Positions 49,625 to 62,122 of a stretch of DNA of 64,000 bases are shown here, piece after piece. The stretch is from Squalus acanthias. Lineage: Eukaryota. Where the stretch lies: assembly GCA_030390025.1 (NCBI GenBank), contig CM059431.1:127164001-127228000 (forward strand). The letters are read 5' to 3'. Every line of letters starts with the position of its first letter. Position 1 is the stretch's first letter. The position numbers and the translations under genes are program-made. The notes under the pieces are model-generated. The model was not told the DNA's origin. It made no database searches and saw only the letters and a program-made list of their open reading frames with translations.

Positions 49625-51252
49625 TTCATTTTTTATTTGTTCCCAGATGTGGGCGTCGCTGGCAAGGCCAGAATTTATTGCCCATCCAAAATTGCCCTTG
49701 AGAAGGTGGTGGTAAGCTGCCTGCCTTCATGAACCTCTGCAGTCCTTGTGGTGAAGATACTCCCACAGTGCTGTTAGGGATTTTGACCCAGTGACGATGA
49801 AGGAACGGCGATATATTTCCAAGTCAGGGTGGTGTGTAAGTTGGCAGGGTACTTGGAGGTGATGGTGTTCCCATATGCCTGCTGCCCTTGTCCTTCTAGG
49901 TGGTAGAGGTTGTGGGTTTGAGAGGTGCTGCTGAAGAAGCCTTGGCGAGTAGCTGCAGTGCCTCTTATAGATGGTGCACCTTGCAGCCATGGTGCGCCAG
50001 TGGTGGAGGGAGTGAATGTTGAAGGTGGTGAATGGGATACCAATCAAGTGGGCTACTTTGTCCTGGATGGTGTTGAGCTTCTTGAGTGTTGTTGGAGCTG
50101 CACTCATCCAGGCAAGTGGAGAGTATTCCATCATATCCTGACTTGTGCCTTGTAGATGGTGGAGAGTTTGGGGAGTCAGGAAGTGAGACACTCACCGCAG
50201 AATACCCAGCCTCTGACTTGCTCTTGTTGCCGCAATATTTATGTAGCTGGTCCAGTTAAGTTTCTGGTCAATGGTGACCCCCAGGATGTTGATGGTGGGG
50301 GATTCGGCGAAGGTAATGCCGTTGAATGTCAAGGGAAGGTGGTTAGACTGTCATTTCTTGGAGATAGTGATTGCTTTGCACTTGTGTGGCATGAATGTTA
50401 CTTGCCACTTATCAGCGCAAGCCTGAATGTCGTTCAGGTCTTGTTGCATGCGGGCATGGACTGCTTCATTATCTGAGGAGTTGCGACTGGAACTGAACAC
50501 TGTGCAGTCATCAGCAAACATCTCCACGTCTGACCTTATGATGGAGGGAAGGTCACTGGTCATTGATGAAGCAGCTGAAGATGGTTGGGCCTAGGACACT
50601 GCCCTGAGGAACTCCTGCAGCGATGTCCAGGGGCTGAAATGATTGACCTCCAACAACCATAACCATCTTCCTTTGTGCTAGGTATGACTCCAGCCAGTGG
50701 AGAGTTTTCCCCCTGATTCTCATTGACTTCAATTGTACGAGGGCTCCTTGATGCCACACTCGGTCAAATACTGCCTCGATATCAAGGGCAGTCACTCTCA
50801 CCCCACCTCTGGAATTCAGCTCTTTTGTCCATGTTTGGACCAAGGCTGTAATGAGGTCTGGAGCCGAGTGGTCCTGAGCATCAGTGAGCAGGTTATTGGT
50901 GAGTAAGTGCCACTTGATAGCACTGTCGACGACACCTTCCATCACTTTTGATGACTGAGATTAGACTGATGGGGCGGTAATTGGCCGGATTGGATTTGTC
51001 CTGCTTTTTGTGGACAGGACATACCTGAGCAGTTTTCCACATTGTCGGCTGGATGCCAATGTTAAGCCTGTACTGGAACAGCTTGGCTAGAGGAGCGGCT
51101 AGTTCTGGAGCACAAGTCTTCAGCACGACAGCTGGGATGTTGTCGGGTCCCACAGCCTTTGCTGTATCCAGTGCGCTCAGCCGTTTCTTGATATCATGTT
51201 GAGTGAATCAAATTGGCTGAAGACTGGCTACTGTGATGGTGGGGACCTCAGG
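49625..51252 (-). mobile_element. LINE family B copy (RT through 3' tail)
   Basis: GPDNIPAVVLK, NYRPISL, DIEAVFDRVWHQG, GVPQGSVLGP, MFADD, shared tail. Confidence 0.93.
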
Positions 51253-51254
51253 AG

Positions 51255-52765
51255 AAATAGGAGTGGACAAAGATAGATCCTTGGTGGACAACAGAGGTAA
51301 TGGTGTGGGAGCGGGAAGAGAAGCCATTGCAGGTGATTCTCTGGCTACGATTGGACAGATTAGAATGGAACCAGGCAAGCGCAGTCCCTACCCAGCTGGA
51401 CGATGGTGGAGAGGCGTTGGAGGAGGATGGTGTGGTGCAGACAGGTGGAGAAGGATGAGGAGGGATAGTTTACCTTTGTCATAGTCACATAGGATGTTAC
51501 TTGTGACTTTGATGAGAGCCGTTTTGGTACTGTGGCGGGATGGAAACCTGATTGGAGAGATTCAAACATGGGCACAGATTTGTGAGGCGACAACACATTC
51601 AATGACTCTGGAGAGGAAAGGGAGATTGGAAATGTGGTGGTAGTTTGCAAGGACGAATGGGTCAAGGTTTGGTTTGTTGAGAGGGGTGATGACTGCAGAT
51701 TTGAAGAAGGGGGGACAGTACCTGAGGAGAGAGAACCATTAATAATATTAGATAACATGGGAGCCAGTACAGGAAGTTGGGTGGTCAGTAGTTCAGTGGG
51801 AATAGGGTCAAGAGAGCAGGAAATGGGTCTTATGGACATGATGAGCGCGGAGAGGGCATGAGGGGAGATCGGAGAGAAACTGGAGAAAGATGCTAGTTCA
51901 GGGCTAGGGCAGGGGGGAATCTTAGAGGAGGTGTGGCCCCGTGGACTAGGGGAAGGGAGGGAAGTGGAGGAGACAGCTGATCGGATGGTCTCATCTTAGT
52001 GACAAAGAAGTCCATGAGCTCCTCACTCTTGTTGTTGGAGGTGAGGGTGGAGAGATAAGAGAGAGAGGTTTAAGAAGATGGTTTGCAGTAGAGAAAAGAA
52101 GCCGGGGGTTATCTTTGCCTTCCAGAATGACCCTGGAATATTGAGCAGTTTTGGCAGACGAGAGCAGGGCCCGATAGTGCTTTATGTGGTCTAGCCAGAT
52201 CTGGCGGTGAATGGCTAAAGCAATTGTTCGCCATATCCGTTCAAGTCTGCGTCCCTTGGACTTAAGGGAGCAGAGACGAGAGCCGTACTAGGGAGAACAG
52301 CCAGGGTGAAAGAGAATAATTGTTTTAATAGGGACTAGGGCATTAAAGGTTTTGGTGAGGGTGTGGTTGAGCAGATCGATAGCTGCAGAAATGAAGTGCC
52401 AAATGGAGAATGGGTGAATGGAGGGCCAAAGGCTAGACAGTTGGAGTTTTGAAAGTGCAGTTGTAAGTCAATTGGGAGAGAGTTTTTTCCAGGGGCGGAT
52501 ACAGAAGAAGTAGTGTTGGGACGGGAGGAAGGGGGATGTGGGTGGAGAGCGATACAAGGAAGTTATCAGAGAGGGCCTTATTTGTGATTGACACGATGGG
52601 AATAGTGAGGCCATGTGAGATGGCAAGGTCAAGGGGTGGCCGTGAATATGGGTTGGGGAGATTACGTGGAGGGAGGGATTAAGGGAGGATAGGAGGGCAG
52701 TGAACTCATAGGAGAGAGAACATGATGAATTGAGATGGAGGTTGAAATCAAAGGGAGAAAAGAAA
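51255..52765 (-). mobile_element. L2-clade LINE fragment (EN to early RT)
   Basis: DFNLHLN, PTHIHGHPL, SCSLDPIPTELL, SLQSGFHP. Confidence 0.85.
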
Positions 52766-53119
52766 AAGGGGGAGAAAAATGTGGAAATATAAGGATTTGG
52801 CTCGGGTCCAGAGGGGCAGCCAAAATGTGCACGCAAATGGACACAGGAAAAACTCAAGTTACGTAGGCCTGGTTACATAGCAATTATTAGGATACATAAA
52901 TCCTAGCAGTAACAGGGAATAGATTGGAGACAATAGGAGGGAGTCCAGAGTTAATGCACTCAGCAACGCTCTCATTGCTGGGCTGCACGCATTAATAATG
53001 TTAATTAGCATGCAGCACGAATGTCGCGTGCTGCCTGCACTACTTTCAATTGGCGTGGGGCGATTGTGCATCACAATCCCCGCCCCCGTTTTCAGACCTA
53101 CTTGAATTTTTAGCCCATT

Positions 53120-53242
53120 AAATCTCTAACATCTTCCAGTTCTGATGAAAGATCATTAACCTGAAATGCATGACCTTCTGAGAGGTGCCAACATTTTTTT
53201 AAATTTCAGAATTCCAGCATCCGCAGTATTTTGCTTTTGTTT
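53120..53242 (+). mobile_element. Degenerate Penelope-type terminal repeat fragment
   Basis: CCAGTTCTGATGAAAGATCATTAACCTGAAA...TTCCAGCATCCGCAGTATTTTGCTTTTG, homologous to 54325-54478. Confidence 0.7.
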
Positions 53243-54249
53243 TGAAGATAGATACCAGAGGAACAATCTTTGGAAATGTATGAATCTTGCTGTTTTCAGC
53301 TGTGTAGAGATTTTTAAGTGCCTGTGGGGTTGAAATCAGAGAGTGGTATCAGCAATTAAATCATTAACATATTTGGTATAAAATGCTTTACTTTTTAATG
53401 CAGGTTTAACCCATTTTAAAGAAATAAAATCAACATGTTAAAGGGTTCGTATGAAATTGCTAAAATTGCTAAACTAACAGACAAAGGAATCTCATACAAA
53501 CCCTTTAACATGTTCAATACTGCACAGCACAAAGTTCACCCCTTGTTGATTTAAATGTTTTCTTTAACAAAGAATTGGAATTGCCAGGAGTTCTATTGTA
53601 TTTATGTATTCAATTTTAAATTTAGCTTTTTATTCAGTTTTCAATTTGAATGCAAATAGAATAGATGCACTAAGCTAGGTTTCACATCTGTTACTACAGT
53701 TTATTATACCAAAGCATCCAATTTATGTTATCCTCAATCAGCTCTTTTTCAATGTTTTTTTCACAATTTTACGTTAGTTTACATACTGATTTAATTATAC
53801 ATTTTCCTTACAGGAAATTTGTAGGAGCATGCATTAATACAATAACTCTTTTGGAGCACATATACATACTGGGATAGTAAGTGATGCTACCTACTTCAAG
53901 ATCAAGGTGTTTTGTTAGCAATGGCCACACTGCTTGGGTGAGGGGCAAATAATTGGACAGAAGCTATGCTTTCTTTTCTTAGAGTGCATTGGATTGAGTA
54001 GCTTTTCTTACGCCATTTGCAGTGGGCAGAGGATGTACTCCCATCATCCTTCTCATGTCAACCCTCTGTCGGAGTATGTTCTGGTGTTTGGGAGGTGGGG
54101 CTTGTTTTACAGGCCACTAAGAATAGGTGCAGATTACTTGCAACTTATACATTCCTAGGCAAATGCTGAACACCACTCACATTTATTGGCAATTGTGTTA
54201 CAAATGCTTTACCTACATGTGTGGTGGTGGAAGCAGTTTCTTGCTACCT

Positions 54250-54478
54250 CTAACACAGACCTTCCCTTTTGTTCTTTCCTCCCCTCCCCCTTTCCCTGCC
54301 CCTGCACTTGCTTAAAAATCTGTTACATCTCTAACTTTTACCAGTTCTGACGAAGGGTCATCGACCTGAAACGTTAACTCTGTTTCTCTCTCCACAGATG
54401 CTGCCTGATCTGCTGAGCATTTCCAGCATTTTCTGTTTTTATTTCAGATTTCCAGCATCTGCAGTATTTTGCTTTTGT
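54250..54478 (+). mobile_element. Solo Penelope-type terminal repeat (non-autonomous)
   Basis: Homologous to 58680-58812 (minus) at the 3' end of the GIY-YIG element; carries a hammerhead core. Confidence 0.75.
54343..54379 (+). ncRNA. Minimal type I hammerhead ribozyme motif
   Basis: AGTT-CTGACGA-A-GGGTC/ATC/GACCT-GAAA-CG-TT-AACT: stem I AGTT/AACT, 5-bp stem II, palindromic stem III AACGTT. Confidence 0.8.
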
Positions 54479-55754
54479 TCTTGTTACCTCTGTTTTTTTG
54501 TTTTCCCAAACCAATTTCCAGTATACAATTCTTTCCAAATACAGCTATATTTTTATACCCAACCCTTTAGTTTGCTTTTTTCCAGCTCTTCCAATTATGG
54601 TGTACAATCCTTTTAGCTATCAGGATTTTCTTCTTAAAATTCCACTTCTCCAAATTCTTCTGACATCCCAAGATAATCATGAGGGAAGTTCAGTAACTAA
54701 TGGCCTGTAAGAATTGTCGTTTTTGTTTAGTAATGAACAAGCCACAGACCTAATGTAACCGGCTGGAAAGTGAAAGATAAGCTTAGATAAGTATAATGAT
54801 CTCAGAATAATAGTCTGAAAATTTTAATTCTGTTGGCAGTCAGCAGAAGAAACGAGCTGTGTTTTATATATGTCAGAGTTTCTGCCTGTCAGTTCACAAG
54901 TTTGAATTGAAATCAATGAAAATACAAATCGCAGGAGATGTAAAATGGGCTGCCGACTCGCTATTACCCTTTTACACTATCGCACAAAGTCAAGATCTAC
55001 CTCATTGACTCACTCAAGAAAATGCAATGAGTATTTATCACTTAACACTGACAGAAAGCACAAAATGACTCTAACAATTAGCTTTTCTCAGTTGTAACCT
55101 TTGAGTTTGTAGCAGATTTGAATTGTACGTCAAAAACTGCTGGTCACGGTGGAACGTTACTATCGTTATGTTTGAATATATAGGAGATTTTTGGTTCAGG
55201 CCCGTATTCGGTGCTGCACCCACGACATTGGAACAAGGCTACAGTTGGGGGAGACAAACTATTTTCATGTTCAGGCCTCATTTAAATTTTACCAACACGC
55301 TGTGAGTGTCAAACAGGAGCTCTATTGCAGCTCGTTGGCTCAATGCCATGGAAAAGCGGCCTGCTTCTGCACGGAGCCAGTCGACAGATAGGGCCTGTTT
55401 GGGGGGGGGGGGGGGGGGGAGAATTCTGGTGGGGACGGCGGGTGGGGGGGGGGGGGCGGGGGGGTGCGGACGGGACGAGAATGAACCAGCAGCAGGCCAG
55501 CAGATTTTTGTGAGGTCAGGAAGAGCATGAATGTGGTACATGAGGAGAAAGATGTTGCTGCCTGGAGGCTAAAATGGAGTAGCCCCAGGCCGAAGAGCTT
55601 GGGGATTTGGAGCTCAGTTTGGTTTGAGCTGCACTTATGGCAAAGTTACGAGAACATTTCCAGCTGTAGTTTCATGAAAATTGTGATAATAGAAATTAAT
55701 TTAGTCTGGCTTGAATTAATAATACAGTAGTTGGGTTATATTCCCAACTGATGA

Positions 55755-56484
55755 GGAGGATAAGGGGTGAACTGATTGAGGTATTTGAAATAATGAAGAG
55801 AATTCACACGGTAGAAAGAGAACAATTCTCTGTCTACTGGGGAATCCAGGGCCTCATTTTAAAATTAGAACTAAACTAGTTAAAAGCAAATCCAGAAAAA
55901 GAAATGGTCTCACAAAGAGTTGCAAGAATGTGGAATACATTTCTGCCCCAGGAGGTTACTTGGGAAGAAAAAGTAAGTACATTTTAAAATCCTCATCCTT
56001 ATCTTCAAATTTCTCCATTGCCTCACCTCACGCTAACTCTGCAATCACCTTCACCCTAAATTCTGGTCCCCTAAATTTGGCCTTTTATGCATTTCCCCTT
56101 CCTTCACTGCACCACTGGTAGAACAACCTTCAGCTCGCTTGACCCTGCTCTCTGGCACTCACTCGTTAAGTCTCTCCTCTCTGCATCTCTCTCCACCTTT
56201 GAAAACCTTCTCAAAACCCATCTTTTCAACCAAGGTTTCAGTCATCTCTCTTAATCTCGCCCTCTATAACTTGGCATCTCTTTCCTTATTTATTCATTTT
56301 TTTCTCCTCTGTATAAAGTTCTGTGGGACATTTTTTATGTTAAAGTCACTATATAAATGCAAATTGTTATATTAAGGGATATGAAGAAATGGGCAAGTTG
56401 GAATTAAAAAGATAAAGAGCTGTCATGGCTAACAAAATGGTGGAGCCGGTTCGATGACTGAATAGTCTACTCCTGTTCCTATGT
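55755..56484 (+). mobile_element. Old CR1 3' fragment interrupted by an L2-like 3' fragment (~55985-56370)
   Basis: RIRGELIEVFEIMK, CR1 tail CTACTCCTGTTCCTATG; inner piece ends CTATATAAATGCAAATTGTT. Confidence 0.6.
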
Positions 56485-56689
56485 TCAGCAGGAAAATGAT
56501 TGCACCTCTTAAAATTTTCCTTAACTATCATTGTTTTATCACAGATCATTGTTAATGAAAGATGTTTAGTTTACACAGGTGAAGGTGTTATTGGCAACAA
56601 AATAAATGATGTATGGCCTATCAAAGCCCTTGCTGAAAAATTACTTCTGATCTGTCACTGTTTGCATCAATTCAGAATTGGAACCAAAG

Positions 56690-56800
56690 CTATGTTTCTG
56701 ATGAAGGTTCTGATTCAAAACATTCATCTATCTTTTGAGTGTTGATTGACCTGCTGCATGGTCTGTTATTTAATTCAGATTTACAGCATTCAGTTTTTCT
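56690..56800 (+). mobile_element. Highly degenerate Penelope-type terminal repeat
   Basis: CTGATGAAGG...GACCTGCTG...TTCAGATTTACAGCAT, similar to 54347-54460. Confidence 0.5.
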
Positions 56801-57871
56801 TTATAATTCTACTAAAAAAGAACAAGTGATTTAAAAAAATTAATTGTTTGCATTAATATTCTAGTTCGTAGTATATGGGAATAACTAGATAACTATTGTT
56901 ATTCTGTCACATAACTGAAGTAGTCCTAAGTGCAGACATTAATCTATTAAAAATTCACCCTCATGGAGTCTTGAAACTTTCTCAAGGCTATTAAAAATAT
57001 ATTGTATCTTTTCTGCTTACATATTAACAGTTTTATTTTAACTTTTCATAGGATTTTGCACACTTCAGTAAACATGTCCCAGCAATAAACTAGTCGAATA
57101 AGGTAAGATGAGAGTTTGGATCACCCCATGTTCTCCAGAGGGTTGTAAGACCTGTCTGGAGCTTTCATTAGTGTCTGTGGTGATATAAAACTGTGACTTC
57201 CACCTTATTCTTCAAACTCTAAAATTTTACTTCCATCAGCAGCTGAGATTAAATCACATTCCCATTTCTAATTTTAAACATGCCAGTTTCTACATATCTT
57301 TATTTACCCTGTCAAGCCAGATTAAATTTTAAAATAAATTTAAAAAAAACTATCTCTTACAGCTGTCATAATATCTCAGTGCCCTAATGCATCCTATAAT
57401 TTTACAGAGTGTGCATGACAGAAATCCAGTGAAATTGAATACATGAAGACAAGTGCAGAGGTCTTGCCTTGAGCACAATTGTAATGGATACTCTGGTGAC
57501 GCTAGTCCAGACACCACACTCTCATAAACTTGACTTTATTTTTACAATATAGCTATCGTACCATTATATAGCAGTAACAAGTGTCACAAACAGTAATGAT
57601 TTGAGCACACATGATTCTTCCCATGGGAGGAGGAAATGTTGGCAGCTGTAGTAACAGAACTGGAGGTGAAGCAGCTGTTTGGTTGAAAAGAAGGAAAGAA
57701 GACCCTCTGTTATGGTAGTTTTAATAGCAATAATGTTATTCCCTAAGCAGTCCAAGTTAGCAGGAATTGTTGTAATATTTGTATGCAGAGAAGTATAATG
57801 ATTACATAGGACTGTTTTCCAAAGTCCACCCAATACTACCACCTTTTACATTTGATGGTGACACCGTTAGT

Positions 57872-57964
57872 TCATAGAATCATGGAGCACAGAAGGAGGT
57901 CATTCGGCCCATCGTGCCTGTGCCGGCATTTTTGCAGAGAGCTATCCAATTAGTACCACTCTCC
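57872..57964 (-). mobile_element. HE1-like SINE/CR1 3' tail fragment
   Basis: Reverse complement of GGCACGATGGGCCGAATGACCTCCTTCTGTGCT...ATTCTATGA. Confidence 0.7.
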
Positions 57965-58418
57965 AGGGGCTAAATTCGATAAGGCCCGAAAACCGGCGCG
58001 GGGATCGCACTGCGTGATCTGCCTGCGCCCGTTGAAAGTCATGCAGGCAGCGTGCGAAATTCATGCTGCCTGCTAGTTAGCATGATTGAAGCGCTGAGCC
58101 CAGCACTAAGCATGCTGCTGGTTGGCTCAGTGCTCATCAGGGGGCCCAATATCATGGGATCTGTGATCTCTATTTAAAGCTAGCCTGCAGTGTGAAACAC
58201 TGTCTGCACTTCTTAAAGGGAAGGTGCTTTTGGAAAGAAGCACCTCATTGTCAGTGTAGCTAAGGAAAGGGGCAGGAAACTATGGCTCAACAGGGCAGAG
58301 AAAGGACACCTCGGTTCTTGGACACAGCACTGTGGGCCTTAGTACAGGGGGCCTGAAAGGAGGAGACAGGTCCTCTAGCCACAGGGGGCCAGGAGGCCCT
58401 CCAGACAGAGTGTAAGAA

Positions 58419-59457
58419 ATGTGAGAAGTCGCACAGCACCAGGTTATAGTCCAACAGCTTTATTTGAAATCACAAGCTTTCGGAGCGCTGCTCCTTCGTC
58501 AGGTGAAGTGAATAGATGCATATAGGCACAGCATATATAGTCAGAGAACACTGCCAGATGATTACAGTTAATCTTTCCAACTACCGTTTATCACACCTCG
58601 GCAGAGAGATAATCACGGCAATCAAAGGTGTGGATGGTGTCCAAACAGGTCAGGCAGGAAAACATTACATCAAAGACAATGTGGCAGATGCTGGGGTCTG
58701 TATGGAAAACAAAAAACTTTTTTTGCTGAAAATCACAGCAGGTCTGGCCGCATCTGTGTAGAGAGAACAAGCCAACGACGACTCGAGTCTGGATGATTCT
58801 ACGTCAGGTGGGGTTACATGTAATGTGACATGAACCCAAGATCCCGGTTGAGGCCGTCCTCATGGGTGCGGAACTTGGCTATCAGTTTCTGCTCGACGAT
58901 TTTGCGTTGTCATGTGTCTCGAAGGCCGCCTTGGAGAACGCTTACCCGAAGATCGGAGGCTGAATGTCCTTGACTGCTGAAGTGTTCCCCGACTGGGAGG
59001 GAACACTCCTGCCTGGCGATTGTTGCGCGGTGTCCATTCATACGTTGTTGCAGTGTCTGCATGGTCTCGCCGATGTACCATGCATCCTTTCCTGCAACGT
59101 ATGAGGTAGACAACGTTGGCCGAGTCACATGAGTATGTACCATGTACCTGGTGGGTGGTGTCCTCACGTGTAATGATGGTATCTGTGTTGATGATCTGGC
59201 ATGTCTTGCAGAGGTTGCCGTGGCAGGGTTGTGTGGTGTCGTGGTCGCTGTTCTCCTGAAAGCTGGGTAATTTGCTGCGAACGATGGTCTGTTTGAGGTT
59301 AGGCGGCTGTTTGAAGGTGAGTAGTGGGGGCGTGGGGATGACCTTAGCGAGGTGTTTGTCGTCATCGATGACATGCTGAAGGCTGCGAAGAACATGGCGT
59401 AGTTTCTCCGCTCCGGGGAAGTACTGGACGACGTAGGGTACTCTGCTGGATCCACAT
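58419..59457 (-). mobile_element. Penelope-like retroelement, 5'-truncated, with GIY-YIG endonuclease
   Basis: AWYIGETMQTLQQRMNGHR...VGEHF...GLNRD; 13-bp TSD CAGAGTGTAAGAA (58406-58418, 59458-59470). Confidence 0.92.
58470..58506 (-). ncRNA. Minimal type I hammerhead ribozyme motif
   Basis: TCAC-CTGACGA-A-GGAGC/AGC/GCTCC-GAAA-GC-TT-GTGA: stem I TCAC/GTGA, perfect 5-bp stem II, palindromic stem III AAGCTT. Confidence 0.85.
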
Positions 59458-61297
59458 CAGAGTGTAAGAAGGCAGTGAGCAGATTGCTGAAATGCTCAGT
59501 GCCACCAGTCTTTCCCCCAGGACCTGGATCCAGGCCCGAAAGAAGTTTAATGACCTCACACGAGTGGATAAGGTCAGTGAATGCATCTTCAAATGCCATA
59601 TCCCACTAACTGCACCACGAGCCTCACACACTGCTCAATGCACCACACCCCCATCACTCAACTATCAACAATCTCTACCAAACACGACATATACCTCACA
59701 ATCATAGCTTCACCTCACCCTCACAAACTTACCACTGTTGCAAGCCACACATCCACATCTCACACCTTGCACACACTGCAAGCTATTTCAACCATGATAG
59801 GCACATCAGCCAAACACATTGCAGCACACTCCCTGACACACTTCCCTTTCTCTTGCAGGCCAAAGTGGCACATAACCGGCGCCAGCAGCAGCTAACAGGC
59901 GGGGGGCAGTCACAGCTGCAGGACATGACCCAGCTGGAGGAGACAGTGCTGAATATCATTGGAAGGGCCATCACTGAGGCTGTGGTGATCGGCGAGGCTG
60001 AAAGCATTGATGATGACGGTATGCTCCTGCCTAATCCTCCTTCTCACAACCCACTTCCCCCGTATACCACAATCTCTTCTCACACACAAGCTGCTGATGG
60101 TGTAAGCAGCACATCTTGCTTTCCCCCGCTCCCCTCATCACAACCCTACCCTTGTGCATTTCTCCTTTCAGATACCAATGAACTCCAACCAGCCCAGCCT
60201 GTGCAGGAAGAACAAGAGGAAGTGAGTGATGGAGAAGAAGAGACACCATCAATCGATCTGACAGTCACAGGCAGCAGCTCAGAAAATGACAAAGCGTGTA
60301 CTTTAAAGGGTAGTATAGAGTCAGAACTGCACATGATGAATCACCAGGCATGATTGGCTGCAGCCAGGGCAGGGGGAAAGGGTAGTGCAGGTGCCAGCTC
60401 CTCAGACGGCGAGGTCACACATGATTCCTGTTGCAGAGAACTCAGATGAGGACTTCGATGGGGCGGCCTTCAAAAGAAGGTTGATGGGCATGCACACAGA
60501 AATGCTTGGCCCATTGACAGGCCTACCAGAGAGCCTGTTACCACTGTCAAGGAGCATGGAGAAATCTGGATCCAACCTTGCACAGGGCTTTGCGTAGAAC
60601 TTGGAGCCCATGATTTCCAGATGAAAGTGATGGGCACCTCCATTAGAACACTTGTGGACCCAACCATGATGCAGGGTCTGATGCGCAATGTCGCAGCTTC
60701 CATTGCAGCACAAGCAGAAGCGACCCAGCGTCTGAGTGCTGCCATTCAAGCTCAGACTGCTGCCATTGCGGCTGGGTTTACAAGTATTGAAAGGGGCTTG
60801 CAGGGTCTCACAGCAGTCCAGTAAGACGGATCCTCTCTCAGGATGACAACATTTGTACTTCCACCACCGCCACGCCGCCAATGCCCGTGCCGCTGCCTGT
60901 CAGCCAGTCAGCCCAGACTGCTACTGCCCATGCCGAGGTGGTGCAGTCTACAGCTGGGCCTTCTAGGTCCAGAGATGCTCGAGATCATTCTGCAAGGCCA
61001 TCTGCAGGGTAGCCCACTGAAAGTCAGCAGCCTTCCATCTAGCCATGCTGCAGCCACTGGGGTAGCACGTCGTAGGAGCACTTAGGCAGGTAAAGGCACA
61101 CGACAGACAGGCACTAAGGGAATGCACAAGAGCGACTAGTTGACTTTGTTATGTAACTTTGGAATGAATCAATTATGTTTGGAATGTTTGTTTTTTTGTG
61201 GCTATCATTTCAGCTTTGTGCCCAAGAGGATGCTGTGATGTTCCATGACAGAGGGATGATAAGGTGGGGAAGTGTCGAACAACGGAGACCTGGGGTT

Positions 61298-62122
61298 TCA
61301 TTCAGGGGAACCGGAGTCTAATGATGTGCTCACGGGCAGCCTGTCCAGAAAGGGGATTTGCAGGCTGCCTCCTCTCTTCCTCCTCCTCTGCTCTTCCTCC
61401 TCCCCCTCCTCTTCATCCTCCTGAGGTTGTCGCGGAAACCGTAGTGGCAAGGCCTGTGCCTTCATGATGACCAAGTTGTGGACGATGCAGCAGACCACCA
61501 TGAAATGGGACACCTGCTCAGCCGAGTACTGGACATTTAAGTAAGTGGTTCTCTTTGCGGTTACGGCATATCTCACCATTGATATGCGGTGCCCGCAAAG
61601 CCACGTGTGTGCAGTCAATGGCGCTCTGCAACATGGAGAAGCCTGATATCCTGCAAACCCACATGAGCACTCCTCCTGCTTCTGTCTGTTTGGAGAGAAG
61701 ATAATGAAGTTCCTTCTCCTAGAATACAAAGCCTCTGTGACCTCCTGGATGCAGTGATGGATGGTGAACTATGAGATGTTTGCTATCTTGCCTGTTCCAG
61801 CCTGGAAGGATCCGCTGCTGAAAGAATTCAGGGCCATGATCACCTTGAGGGCCACTGGCAGCGCCGTCGTCACCCTGCTCTGAGGCTGCAGTCTGGTTCC
61901 AAGAGGTGGCAGAGTTCTGTTCTGCGGAGCCACCGAACACACTGCTCCTGGCTTAAGTGCAGGTAGGAGAGGTGCTCCCTGAAGACCCTTGGTGGGTAAG
62001 GCCTCCTGCTGAGAACCCTCCTCCTCCTCCTCCTCCCTCTGCGAGCAGCTTGTCTTCTTTGCTGCCTCTGCTCCATCTCCATCATGCTGCAGCGCGAGGG
62101 GGACTGCAACAAGAGTCCCCAT
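61298..62122 (-). pseudogene. HARBI1-like transposase of Harbinger D, catalytic middle deleted
   Basis: RRPYPPRVFREHLSYLHLS, ALNSFSSGSFQ, then LNVQ joined directly to YSAEQVSHFMVVCCIVHNL. Confidence 0.88.

Larger units (their letters stand above)
58282..61139 (+). pseudogene. Harbinger D Myb/SANT-like gene, 3 exons: 58282-59572 (interrupted), 59859-60018, 60172-61139
   Basis: MAQQGRERTPRFLDTAL...PRTWIQARKKFNDLTRVDK|gt; cag|AKVAHNRRQQQLTGGG. Confidence 0.83.

Noticed and set aside
55401..55470. G-quadruplex-forming G runs (also 10902-10918)
   Set aside because: Homopolymer expansions inside MITE or transposon sequence, prone to sequencing error, with no evidence of function
58910..59599. 229-aa ORF suggesting a Myb-GIY-YIG fusion
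   Set aside because: Chance read-through from antisense Harbinger sequence into the Penelope insertion; the two genes are on opposite strands
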